The notes below the pieces were generated by a model, which worked only from the letters and a program-made list of their open reading frames with translations, did no database searches and had not been told where the DNA came from. The translations under genes were made by a program, and so were the position numbers. Positions 1 through 11,699 of a stretch of 64,000 bases of DNA are shown here, one piece after another (position 1 is the stretch's first letter; each line of letters opens with the position of its first letter). The DNA is from Eutreptiella sp. 'Long Island Sound 2002'. Taxonomy: Eukaryota; Protista; Euglenida. The DNA lies in the NCBI GenBank assembly GCA_964036045.1, contig OZ038378.1:182962001-183026000 (forward strand), written 5' to 3'.

Positions 1-1060
1 TGCCAAGCCCCCCCCATCTTTACCGAAACCCCCCCCAAGAGTACCCAAAAAACCCCCATTTCTTCCCCCAAAAAAGACCCAATCTTCCCCCCCCCCCCCC
101 GCCGCGGCCAAAACTCTTACCTAAAAAATCCCCAATTCTTACAAAAAAACCCAATTTCTTACAAAAAACCCCGTTTCTTACCAACCCCCCCCCCATTTTT
201 TACCAAAAAAGCCCGCCATTTTACCAAAAAAGCTCCTGCACCACCCAACCGTTTGGACGACCCTACCACACCCTGCAGCCATACATTAATTGAACTACAA
301 ACACAAAGCACAGAAACACGAAAAAAACGTCCACATAGATCAAACTCTTGAGCAATTATTGTTGCATGGATGTAGGTGTATCCACACCCGTGGATCCCTT
401 CTTTTCCAGGCACTTAGTGCACCCATACTCACTTGGCTACCACACCAATATGTTGTATTATGACCGAGGCACTGCACCTGAAGCAAGCAAAAAGAAAAAA
501 GGGAAAAAGTGTAGACTTGTCAAAATCGCCGATTGGTCGGCAAAATATGGGTTGTTGCCGTGAAGCAGATCTCCATGCACTCTTGACCACTACAACCAAT
601 GAGCAAACACACGGACAAAGACCGCATGCTCTTTCCTCGTGTTTGTAGACACCTCTGCTTTGGCTCTCACTAGATCGGATATGCAAGCCACAATCTCCTT
701 GCGCGTGCAATTTTTGCAAATCTTCCACATATCATGGCACATCTCTTGGTCGGACTGTAGCCTACCACCATAGCCAACCGGAACCGGAAAGTGCTTCCTC
801 CCGATTTTGACAAACGTGGGAGCGGGGTTGCATCCCCATGCTTGTTACAAGAAACCTCCCCAACGGAAGCGGGTTGCAGCGCATCCTTGGCAGGGCAATG
901 GGTACTATCCTCCTTCATTACAGCAACCCATGCAACCAACCCGGCTGCACGCACATCACCGCAGTAGTGGGTTTTGACCTTCCCAACGCACATCCATTTG
1001 GTCGCCTTGCACAGCCACAATGCGACCACAATACAAAGAGCGCTTTTCACCACCAGTGGT

Positions 1061-1212
1061 ATATCCCCAACTCTAGGGCCACACCAAAGCGTGGGAGTCC
1101 ATATCCCCAACTTGAGGGGCCACACCGAAGTGTACGACTCTATATCCCCAACTCGAGGGCCACACAACTTTGTGGATTCATGAGTCCCTATCCCCAACTC
1201 AAGGGGCCACCA
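1061..1212. repeat. Degenerate minisatellite, 4 units of ~40-47 bp
   Basis: Core TATCCCCAACTYRAGGG(G)CCAC at ~1061, 1101, 1142 and 1188; the intervening segments resemble one another. Confidence 0.8.
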
Positions 1213-1269
1213 AAAATTTGTGGGTTTCAAGTCTGTGGCCAAAATCCAGCGTTTGAAATGGGTTTTCTA

Positions 1270-1500
1270 AAACACATCCCGGTTCTTACCAACCCCCCCC
1301 CCCCCATTCTTACCGTAAAACCCCTCAAACCTTACCAAAAAACCCCCCAAAGTTTACCAAAAAACGTTTCTTACCAAAAAAAAATCCCCCAAACCTGACC
1401 AGGGATTTTTTGGGGTGGGTGGGTGGGGGGGATTTGTTAAAAAGTGGTAGGAAATGCGGGGGGTTTTGGTAAAAAAAACTGGGGCTTTTTGGTACGCACC
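1270..1500. repeat. Low-complexity C/A-rich repeat followed by its G/T-rich inverse (fold-back); similar tract at 1-270
   Basis: cccccccattcttaccgtaaaacccc-type tract at 1290-1400 is mirrored by ggggatttgttaaaaagtggtagg/ggggttttggtaaaaaaaa at 1400-1500. Confidence 0.5.
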
Positions 1501-2624
1501 ACCATCACAAGGCGACCGGAGGGGGGCCACCTTGGGCAAGCGGCGAAGCCCTGTCCCAGGGGGAAATAGAGCAATAAAATTGTCCTTCATCACGGCAGGG
1601 GTTGCCTCTGAATAGTGCTGATGGCATTTTTGTTGAAAAACCATTGAAAAATCAATTATATCAATTATAATATGAGAAAAAGCAATTGAATTCATGAGAT
1701 ATTTAGGTTGCAAAATGGGTGCCAGATCCCCATGCCACTGCAGGACGCCTCATTTTCTCAAAACTGAATCGGGCACAATTTGATCAGGGGGGGGTCTGGT
1801 TTGGAGGCCAACGCGACGCACTTATGCCGGGGATGTCACTCTGTGGCTCTTGGTGTACCTCCGGCGTTTCTGTGCACATGATACAATGTCTCTGCTTGTG
1901 GGCAAGCGGCTGCCCGTTGCCTTTACAGTGCCGGAGGTGGGGCTGCGCTGCCCTGCTCTCTCAAATGTAAAAAAATAGACCTCCGCCCCCGCTATCTCTC
2001 GGGAGTGTGGGTGTACATGGGAGCGTTGGGCCCTGTGCAAAAGGCGGTGTACTTGATACGCCCTTTTAAGCACCGGACCCGTGGGGATGAGGAGGATTGA
2101 CCAAGGGGTGTGGGGGATCTCGCATACCCTTCCTCTCGGTCACCTGCGGGGCGAGGGAGAGTCAAATGAAGTGGGCGCTGCACTGAACTCGCTTCGTATG
2201 TCCGGCTTCGTGAAAGGTGCCTGTGACATGACACCAATAATCTTTGAATGATACCATTCGCCACCTTGTGCCATAGCGGTACACAGCTTGTCTCGAGCAT
2301 CTGCTTTCCCACAGCGGGGGTGGGCGGGGGGGGGGGGGATGGATCCTCTTAGCGGGTTAGGGGTCTGGGTCTGGCTGGGATGTGCGGACAGGTGCAGCGA
2401 GAGAGTGCGGGGAAGCGACAGAGGGGGCTCGGGGCAAGGAGAGCGAGGCGGAGGGGAAACGATGGACATTGTCCACAAGTATTTGATGGGGAGGGGTGTA
2501 CAAAGTGCTGGAGCCAGAACATTGCACCCCATTAAAGCATGAAGGGCTTTGCATGTTGCGTTGCGTTGCATTGGTGGTGGTTTTGGTGTGTCTGTGTGTG
2601 TGGGGGGGGGGGGGTGTCCTTCAG

Positions 2625-3300
2625 ATTAGTGCACCTCGCAACATTGGAAGTCCTCCTGCCCATTGTCACCAAAGATCCTGTTCTGAACACTTGCTCTGTC
2701 TTCGCACTTCTTCATGCCTCATTGGCACAGGGTCATGCGCACGTGTGTGTGTCTTCCACCTGCTTACGTCCTGTGTGCAGCGAGCCCAGGCAGAGCGCAA
2801 GATGCAGATCCTCCGAAGTCATAAGAAAGTTTTGATTCACTTCGCTACTGGGAATTCGAAGGGTGTTTCGGGCCCGAAGGTTGACAAGCGGGTGTCTATG
2901 CAACATGTGTTCGCACAGCTGAAGACATAATATTGGGGTTATTTTAACCAAGCTGGCATCCCGGATCGCCCTCCTTCCGACTGCCTCTTCCCACACTTAC
3001 TGAGTTGGGGTATCTGGGCAGAAAAGGCCGAAAAAGAGGCCCTGAGCAGTTCTTGGATGGCGTTTCATTCATCGAGAAGCTGAACGGTCAGCTTTTGGAC
3101 AAATATTTGTGCGCCGAAATTGTTCAGAACGAACAATGACACAAATATGAAAACATCCTTCAGGACCACTTGGCCTGTTACCAACATCTATTCTGGCAGT
3201 TTGTGTACTTTTACATTCCCGGTTACAATGGGGTGGACCCAAGGGTTGTTCTGATGGGCTAGGTTGTAAGGCTGTGCAAACCAGATATTTTGCTGTCACT
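2625..3300 (+). pseudogene. Unidentified, probably decayed coding-like sequence
   Basis: Protein-like segments (LVHLATLEVLLPIVTKDPVLNTCSVFALLH; RAQAERKMQILRSHKKVLIHFATG; FLDGVSFIEKLNGQLLDKYLCAEI) lie in different frames with stops; candidate AG acceptors at 2624 and 2780. No family recognised. Confidence 0.25.
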
Positions 3301-4612
3301 GTGGACTGAGTTTTGGACCAGGGTTTCTGCCTCAGTTCTGCTCAAGTGCAAGCTGCCATGGTATTCTCTCCGTGCTGCTTTCCACCCTCGTCACTAGATC
3401 CCGAAACCTTGCTGGCCCAGCTCAGTGACCGTAACCACCCTGGATACTAACCCTCTGCTATTGCCTTTGGTTGGCCAAAACGGGTCAAAAGTGCCTGACT
3501 CTGGGTTTTGTGTGAGGTGGGTCAGAATCATTTTTGGAAAGACATTTTATTTTCAACTTTTGCGGTACAAGATGGGCCACTTCCAGACACTTTGGGCTTG
3601 AGTGGACTCACGACAGAGGACCACCCGTGGCCGTTCATGGCCTAAAAAGCACCATCTTTTTGTGCCATCCTGGTATCAGTTTTAAGAAATACCACCAAGT
3701 GAAAAAAAAATATGCAGGCTTTTCCCGCCATTTTTAGATCCCTTTGGAGCCAACCACATCAGCTTTTTAATCCAACCCATCATAACCAAAATCTGGGCTG
3801 AAACTGAGCTACCAGGACAGAGATGATTTGATATGATTTTGTCCTATTTACCTGCTCCTGGTGACACCAGCTCGGTGACCTGATTGTAAGCCATATTGGC
3901 CCCGACGAAATTTCATGTGTTTGCTCTGATATTCTACATTCTGTCAACATGGGTCTCAACAGGTGTCAATGAAGGTGTCTGTGTGTCAATGAGGGTGCCG
4001 TGGAGAGTGTCAGCACATGTCAATGTGGCTGTTAATCAATATGGGACAATGTTGTGTCAACATGAGTCTGAACAGGTGTCAACATTCTCTTCTTGCATTG
4101 CTCGTTGGGGTATATAGACAACTGCCACACTGGCAGCATTTTTGCCTTATTTGTCTTGCCATTCCGTTTAGTAGACATTGTGGCAAACAAACGGGGGCGT
4201 TACTTTCTTTTTTCTCAGAAAAAAATGGCAGTTTGGAAAAATGTCTTTTTTGTTTTTTGCAAAATACCTAAAATTTGCGTCAAAACAACTAACCATAAGG
4301 GATTTTCAGTTTTGGAGACCTGAAAAAAAAGGGGATGTTGGCAATCTGTGATGCACTGAGGGAAGGTACAAGTAGTTAGTAAGCAGCGCCCAGGGCCCAT
4401 CATCAGCTGACACCCGGGGGGGGGGGGAGGGGCGACTCCGCGGGTCCTAGGACGCCACCTACCCCCCCCCCCCTAGGGGGCCTCCGGCCAACAGTCAGTT
4501 GCCAAAGGTGCCACCCTCAGGAGTCCATGGGCGCAAAAGGCGCGTGACACTCCATGGGCACCAAAGCCGCCCGAAGGAAAATTTTGTCCACTTTGCACCC
4601 CACCACTATCCT

Positions 4613-4743
4613 TAAACCCAACCCTGACCCTAACGCCCACCCCAACCCTCAACCTAGCCCTAACCCTACACCTACCCCTAGCCCTAACCCCAACCCTAAC
4701 CAAGATTGAATATTGGGACCGAGATGGTGGGGGAAGGAACATC
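4613..4743. repeat. Family B: degenerate (CCCTAA)n telomeric-like tract joined to a conserved ~42-bp core, copy 1
   Basis: ccctaacc/ccctagcc units directly followed by CAAGATTGAATATTGGGACCGAGATGGTGGGGGAAGGAACAT. Confidence 0.85.
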
Positions 4744-4759
4744 ATCTGTGAGAGTTCAA

Positions 4760-6790
4760 CAAAAAAATGAGGTACACATCGGAAAGTGGATGAGAGCGGC
4801 TCAAAAGAGGCTCAAAATGAGTTCTATTCATCTGTTTGGGCACCACAACTGGACTAGGATCATTTTTCGAAAACCATGGTTTTTACCGGTCTTTGAGCCA
4901 TTTGTGGTCCCAAATTGGCCCATTCGGCCTTGAGAGGGGCCTGAATTGCTCAACATGGGCTCAAAATGGGCTCATTCCACTTGTTTAGGCACTCCAAATG
5001 GTCTCGGATCATTTTTGGAAAAACACATTTTTGACCCATTTTTGGTCGCAAAACAGCACATTTTCAAGGCATTTTGGGATTTTAGGAGGGCCAAAACGAG
5101 CCACCACGAGCTCAAAACGCGCCAAAAACACTTGTTTTGGCATTCCATGTGGTCCAAGATCATTTTTACAAAAAGTCTTTTTTTTGCACCCGGTAGACCT
5201 TGTTGACCCATTTTGGCACCCACCTCTTTGGGCTACCTCTTGCAGCTTGCCACAGCCCACTGGGCCTAGGTACAGGGATCTAGGCGTCGGTTAGCACAAT
5301 CTTGAGGGGTGCAAACCACCAAAAGTGGGTAGTTGCGGGTGGATTAGGTGCACTCGAAATCGCGTTTTGAGCCACGTAGCCCAAGGTATGGTCTAGTTTT
5401 GGTTTGGGGCTGCCGGCGGCCAATGTGCACAGATTCTGGGGCTATTGAGGGCCTTTTGGGTGCGGTTCGCGGACATATTGCAGAGTTAGAGGGCCCTAGA
5501 GGGCCCTTCGGCACGAGGAAGTCTAGCTGCATGCGTAGAGTAGCCACTATTCCCCTTCATTTGGCCGTTTTCAGCAGGTTCTAGGGCGGTTTTGGGCAAA
5601 AAAAAGGCTGATTTTGGCCCTAAATTGGGGATTTTGAAATGGAGGTCCGGCACTTGCGAAGCCCATTCCTGGCCGCCACCGTTGAGTTTCTAGCTCATAC
5701 TTTGTGTGGTTGTCCCTCACACCCATAGGTACCATCCACCCTAACCCTAAGCCTCGCCCTAACCCTAATCAACACTGAATATTGGGACCGAGCTGGTGGG
5801 GGAGGGAACATCAGCTATGATTGGTGCGGGACATCAAGAATGATTCACACTTTGATGGCTCTTGACAAAGTGAAATCAGCTTGCAAGTGAACCCCATAAC
5901 CACGAGGCCCACTTTCAAGGCTTTTTGGACTTCTGAGGGGCCAAAATGCCCCAAAATGGGCTCAAAATGGGCTCATTTCACCCGTTTGTGCACCCCAAAT
6001 GGTCTAGGATGAGGTTTGGAAAAATGCGTTTTTGACCCATTTTTGACCCATTTTTGGTCCCAAAACAGCCCATTTTCAAGGCATTTTGGGGATTTCGGAG
6101 GACCAAAATGGGCCACCACAAGCTCAAAACGGTCCAAAAACACTTGTTTTAGCGCCGCACATGGTCTAGGATCATTTTTGGGAAAAGTCATCTTTTTGCC
6201 CCTACTGGACCCTGTTGACCCATTTGGGCACCCACCTGTTTGGGCTTGAGCTTGGAGCTTGCTGTAGCCTAGTGGGCCTAGGTATTGGGGTCTAGGCGTC
6301 CGTTTGGGCAATTCTGAGGGGTGGAAACCACAAAAAGTGGGGGGTTGCGGGTGGAGTAGGTGCCCTCAGAATCGCATTTTGAGCCATCTAGCCAAAGATA
6401 TGTCCTATTCTTGGTTTGTGGCTGTCGGCATTTGGAGCTTCTGGGGGCCTTTTTGTGACGTTTCCGGGACATATCATGGCGTTAGAGGGCCGCAAAGAGC
6501 TCGTTGACACGGGGAAGTCAAGCGGCACGTGGAGTGTACCCACCGTTTCCATTCGTTTGGCCGTTTTGACTGTGTCCCAGGGCTTTTTTGGCCCAAAAAT
6601 GGCTGTTTTTGGCCCTAAACTGCAGTTTTTGAAACTGAGGTCCGCCACTTGCGAATCCCGTTGCCGGCCGCCACCGTTGAGTGCTTGCTCAAACTTTGTT
6701 TGATTGTACTTCACACCCATAGGTATCATCCACCAAAACTTCAACCAAATCCGGAGCACCACGACGGAGTTTTGATTTTTACCCATTTCG
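4760..6790. repeat. Dispersed repeat family A cluster (ccaaaatgggctcaaaatgggctcatt...); related copies at ~3470-3800 and 63850-64000
   Basis: 4900-5700 and 5940-6790 align as two related copies; 5880-6000 is near-identical to 63870-64000. Confidence 0.85.
5737..5812. repeat. Family B copy 2
   Basis: ccctaaccctaa...CAACACTGAATATTGGGACCGAGCTGGTGGGGGAGGGAACAT. Confidence 0.85.
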
Positions 6791-6909
6791 CGCGTGCTGT
6801 TGCTTGCTTGCTGCTTGCTGCTGCTGCTGCTGCTGCTGCTAAACCTGGTAGGTCCACCCTAGACACTAAAAAGGGTTATAAAACCAAGACTGGTTCCACC
6901 ACCTCGGTG

Positions 6910-6965
6910 ACCCTAGCCCTAACCAGGATTGAATATTGGGACCGAGCTGGTGGGGGAAGGAACAT
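6910..6965. repeat. Family B copy 3
   Basis: ccctagccctaac CAGGATTGAATATTGGGACCGAGCTGGTGGGGGAAGGAACAT. Confidence 0.85.
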
Positions 6966-8491
6966 TGTCTAGGAGACTTCAACGACAAATGAGGTACGCA
7001 CTCAAAAGGATCAACATGAATGGGATTCCAAGAGTAGGGACTCTGGTGCAAGATTTGTTCCACAAATCCTGATTGATGTTATCTTTAATTCCAATTCAAC
7101 TAAATTCCAAGTTGATTTTGAAATTACAATTTCCTCAGATTCTAATTTCTTTACTTCCGTCTCCATTTGTGCCACAAACATGATTTCAACTTAACACACT
7201 TGTACCAAATAGCGACGTCAAACCACTGGAAACCGACCCTAGTTTGCATCGGTTGATTTAGGTTCCACAGCATCATCGCAACTGGCCCAAGTATTACCCC
7301 ACACCGTTTGTTGTGATTGCAGCTTGCATATGTCTTTCTTTGCCTGTTGACGCGCTCCTGGGAAGAACAGGCCCATCTTCAAGGCTTCGGAGGGGAGTTA
7401 TTTAGTAAGGGCAAAACAGGCTGTTGGGGGAATTCATTTTGGTGGGGGGTTTGGTGGGGAAGGAAGACCCCCCGACCTTCGTTTAGTATGCACCCCCTCC
7501 GGCATGCTGACAAAGGGCATCCCCCCCCCCCTTATCGAAGACGGTTCCAGCAGTTCAAACGGTAGCATGGCAGCTTCCGCAGCAAATCTTCTTTGGCGGT
7601 GGGTGGCGAATCCGGTTGCTCAGGCTGACACAGGGTGTAGACTGCAGCAGGCCCGCTTGTGAGTGATAGTTCCGCTTGTATTTGATGGGGCGTTCTGATT
7701 GGTGCCTCTAGTTTAGAATTGGCGAAGTGGGAGGTGGAAAGTTTGGTGGACTTTATTTTTGTTTTTGTTTGTTGTAGTGTTGTAGTGTTTGTTACATACC
7801 AATTCACGAACGCCCATTTTCAGCACTCTCGGTGTGGGATGGAGTCGGTACAATTGTGGGCTACTTTTTCGTATCCTCTTGCCTGTCCACTCCAATGACC
7901 TCGCACAGTGCAATTACTACTTCACCTGCCCTTTTGTGTGACACTTCCAATCCACCATGTTTGCCAGATAACATTGTTCCAATGTAGTCCAACCGCAGGA
8001 CTCCTGAGACGGCGATGCACACACAGGCAATGGACATAAGAACAGGGCCACTAATTTGCCACTAAACACCATGTTTGCTGGATAAGACGAGCAAGTTGCC
8101 AACGGTCACACAAAATACCAGACGCTATGAACCAACTCCAAGCCCTCCGACAAAAATACCCCATGGACTTCCCGTCATGGAGTTATGGAGCTCCTATTAG
8201 GTGACTCTCAAAACATATCCGTGTCTTTTGCTTTTTGTAGTTTTCCCTTCTTTCTTGCACGACATGATGGGCATGGAACAACCTACACTTGGTCCTGAAA
8301 TCATAACAACTGTTGAAAGCTGTAAGTTGGCGATGTTGTGGCCAACAACACGATGTGGTCCTGTGTTGGCGGCCACCTACTGCATGCAGATTCAAAGCAT
8401 TTTCCTACTTGCACCACTGCACCCCGTGGCTTCTTTGGTCTCGATTTTTTTAGTTCGAATCATGTAATGTCTGATCATTGACTTTCTTCAG

Positions 8492-9442
8492 ATGGGGCAT
8501 GGAAATATGATTCGCATCATGCAGTTCGCATTGTTGCTCATGCAGCCCTTTGCAGAAGGCGTTTGTGTCACATCCTTCGGCGATTACCCTGAGTGTCGAG
8601 ATAGAATAGATTGGATGACTCAGCATTGGAATGACCATTATTATACTCGCAAAGGGGTTGATGGAAGGGTGTGTTCCATACAAGCTTACTTGCATGAGTA
8701 CGAGGGTCATTGTCCTCCATGCGAGTGTGAAAGCCTCACCCCAGGCCATTGTGTCTCTTCGTATGCCGGCTACCCGCAATGCCAAGCCCGACTAGATTGG
8801 ATGAGCAGGAATTGGAACACTCCATACTACATCAACAAAGGGGTTGATGGAAGAAATTGCTCTATCCAACATTATCTCAATGAAAAGGAGGGCCCTTGGT
8901 GCCCACCGTGCACTTGTGATGATATTCCTGGGGATGGGCTCAGCAATGTCATCTTCGATTGGCTGCCAATTTGTGTGGCAATCATAGTGGGTATTTGTGC
9001 TGTTGTCACCTTGCACCAATGGCACAAACATCACGATCGAAGTCACACGTGGAAGTACGGTTGTCCACTTTGTGCCATATCCAAGTGGCTGGGACACCGC
9101 GAATCGGACGCACAACAAGAACTTAGTGACATTGAAGGGCACACCAATGATGGTACCTCTCATCACGTCGACCAGCATCTGCAAACCAACGAACCCTGTG
9201 CGATGACAAATGCGGTCCCAAGTGGCCACGAACAATTGCATGGCAATGCCGGAGGACAAAATAGGGTGGATGGAACAAAGGAATGCATCATTTGTAATGA
9301 CAACGCTGCCTCAGCTTGTGTGGTTGATTGTGGTCATGCACAATTTTGTCACGATTGTTTGAACAAATATCGCTCGCAAGGAAATGCAACGTGTCCGATC
9401 TGCAAGAGAATTATTACTCAAGTTATCACAGTGTACACATAG
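8492..9442 (+). CDS. Type-I membrane RING-HC E3 ubiquitin ligase-like protein (signal peptide, two ~58-aa Cys-rich repeats, TM helix, C-terminal RING)
   Basis: 316-aa intact ORF: hydrophobic N-terminus, duplicated CVxSxxxYPxCxxRxDWMxxxWxxxYYxxKGVDGRxCSIQxYLxExEGxxCPPCxC, TM segment WLPICVAIIVGICAVVTL, RING CIIC...CGHAQFCHDC...CPICK at the C-terminus. tttcttcAG lies immediately before the ATG. Confidence 0.9.
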   Translation: MGHGNMIRIMQFALLLMQPFAEGVCVTSFGDYPECRDRIDWMTQHWNDHYYTRKGVDGRVCSIQAYLHEYEGHCPPCECESLTPGHCVSSYAGYPQCQARLDWMSRNWNTPYYINKGVDGRNCSIQHYLNEKEGPWCPPCTCDDIPGDGLSNVIFDWLPICVAIIVGICAVVTLHQWHKHHDRSHTWKYGCPLCAISKWLGHRESDAQQELSDIEGHTNDGTSHHVDQHLQTNEPCAMTNAVPSGHEQLHGNAGGQNRVDGTKECIICNDNAASACVVDCGHAQFCHDCLNKYRSQGNATCPICKRIITQVITVYT

Positions 9443-10349
9443 TAGTGGCCTTGAAGGCGCAGTGGTGGCATGGCGTAAATACTTCAACGATTTTCCTTCT
9501 TACGCTGGTTGTTTTCGCCCCGTGTGCTGTGGCCACGAGCGCCACATGATCCTGGGCACCCTTTGATCAATCTCCAAAAGCACACAGAAGTGATCATGCA
9601 GTTCAAGCCCATCGGCGATGGAGGTTTGCAGGTTTGACGCGAGCCTGATATGGAGCAATGTTGCATGTCACCGTACTTTGCAAAGGGAGCGCATGCTGGA
9701 TGGCCCTGGTGCACGTTGGAATACTAGACACTGGCAAGAACCATGCGATCCATGGCGCATGCGGGCCAGATCTACATGTCTACAGACATCCAAAGGAAGT
9801 ACCTTATGACTGTCGCGATCCACGCACCTGTTGCATTTGGTAGACACGTTCTTTTCCGAGACACGAAGGGGCACCCAGGCACATTCAGTTAGAGCAAGGC
9901 CGCCTCCAGCACAATGTGGTACTTGCAACCTCTTCACTTGCCCAAGTGCTGGGAGCCATTGTCCATTCGGCCTGCCGTCGGTCTGTCGGTCTGTCGGTCT
10001 CTCGTTCTGTCCGTTTTGATTTGCCAAACATCAACCAGGATATTCGAGGCTCTGCCTGTGTATTATCGTGTTTGGAACAAGGCTGTGGGTTGCATGGTGT
10101 CAAGTTGTTGATCGACCTGTTACGCTGCAATCACCATCAGGCTCAGGATGAACGCACAACTTACAAGACGATATCGATTTTGATGCTGCTTCTCACATAT
10201 CTCTCTGGGACGGTAAAGAACCTGCCAACACGGAGCGTTTTCAGGGGTCGCCGTCATTGTTGCCTCGTTTGTGCCCGCTGAGTGTCCCAAAGGGGGGGGG
10301 TATGTGGGGTATATTCGGAAGGCCCTTTCGGAACACCCTGGGTCTGCAT

Positions 10350-10860
10350 GCTGTACTGACGACATATTTGAGATTTTCGTCCTTTTTGGACGGTGCCTGT
10401 GTTGCTTGCTGCCTTCTTTTGCCGGGCAATGTGTGCCATGTTTTCATGGTGCTTGGCCCGACGCTCCAACATATCGTCACTTCAGCAAAGTTTTCTGGGA
10501 TTACAGAGATGCATTTTTTCATGCCGAATCCATCGGTGCAGGTCCCATCCTTCAACTCAACGATATGTCAGAGAAATTGCCACTTTACTGCCAAAAGTGC
10601 ATATTTTACTCTATGTTTGTATTGGATGTCACCAGCGTGGCAGTGGATGTTGGGGCAGTAAATGAGGAATATCTCTAACATATTGCCTCGTTGAGCCCAA
10701 ACTCTTGCATTTTTGAATTCAGCACATCAAACTGCACAAAATGACCTGGTTGCACTTTTGGATGAGGTGACAACATTTTGGAGCAATGCCCATGGGAAGT
10801 TATGGAGCATGCTGCGCATGCACCCTAGCAGCACAAAAGCCCCGCGGACCCTGAAACGCC
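10350..10860 (+). pseudogene. Decayed Cys-rich ORF, possible relative of the PHD-like ORF at 40654-41259
   Basis: SSFLDGACVACC vs ASFGLTAVRCACC, LYCQKC vs VQCRKC, and DLVALLDEVTTFWSNAHGKL vs DLLADTLQSAASFWNNAPSRL; broken by frameshifts and stops. Similarity judged by eye. Confidence 0.35.
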
Positions 10861-11699
10861 GAAAAATTCGGCTCCGGTACTCAAAAATATGGTCACCTAC
10901 CCCCCCCCCAACCCATATATTTCTGAAACGGCCTTTTCTCACAGATTTCGAAAAGCATACACATACCCCCCCCCCCCCAAGGGAACGACATTTTGGTGCA
11001 TTAGACCAAAAGTTGAGAAAAACGTGAAAAAAATGTGAATTTGCTCCGTGTTGGCAGGGAATGAATGTCCCCGAGAGATATGGGTGCATTGATATCGTAG
11101 GCAGGAGATGACCAGCCCCGGTGCACATGTGGTTTTAGGCAGAAAACTATCCTACATATTGATCGCTTGGGAGATGATCTGTACGGTTGCTGCATACATA
11201 CACACGGCATTTATGGGGCGGAAGGTTTTTGTTCAGGTGTCTTTGTACTACTATTAGCTGTGGGTGACGTCTGGCTGATTACTGCCAATACATGCACATT
11301 GAATATTGAGACGCGACACATTGGGAGGCTGAACGAGCTCGCGTTGCGAAGGTTTCTTCCTGTTATCTTGTTTGGGCTGCATGCAAAGAGATTGCACGAC
11401 AGTGTAGCAGTGCAGCGCGTGTATTGTTTCACTCGCATAGCGCACACATATCATAGCATAAATATGTAAGTTCATCTGTGCCCAACAATTGTAATGACTC
11501 TGATCTTGGCCCCTTCCATCATGTAACATTCTGTTATTGTGGCTGTTTGGTCCTTCAACATGGCAAGTGCTCCTTAATGTGGAACTCTGACCTCTCGCCT
11601 ACTTGACAAATCATGTGAACTCTGACCACATCTTCAAAACCTGCCGGGATCTTTGTGACTTTATACTCGGCTTTAACGGCAACCACCAGGGCGGATGTG

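Noticed and set aside
1061-1212. CRISPR-like repeat-spacer pattern
   Set aside because: Only 4 degenerate units, the spacers resemble each other, no cas genes are present and the context is eukaryotic; it is a minisatellite.
4900-6790. Numerous 60-130 aa ORFs
   Set aside because: They lie inside multi-copy repeat family A and have no protein-like composition.
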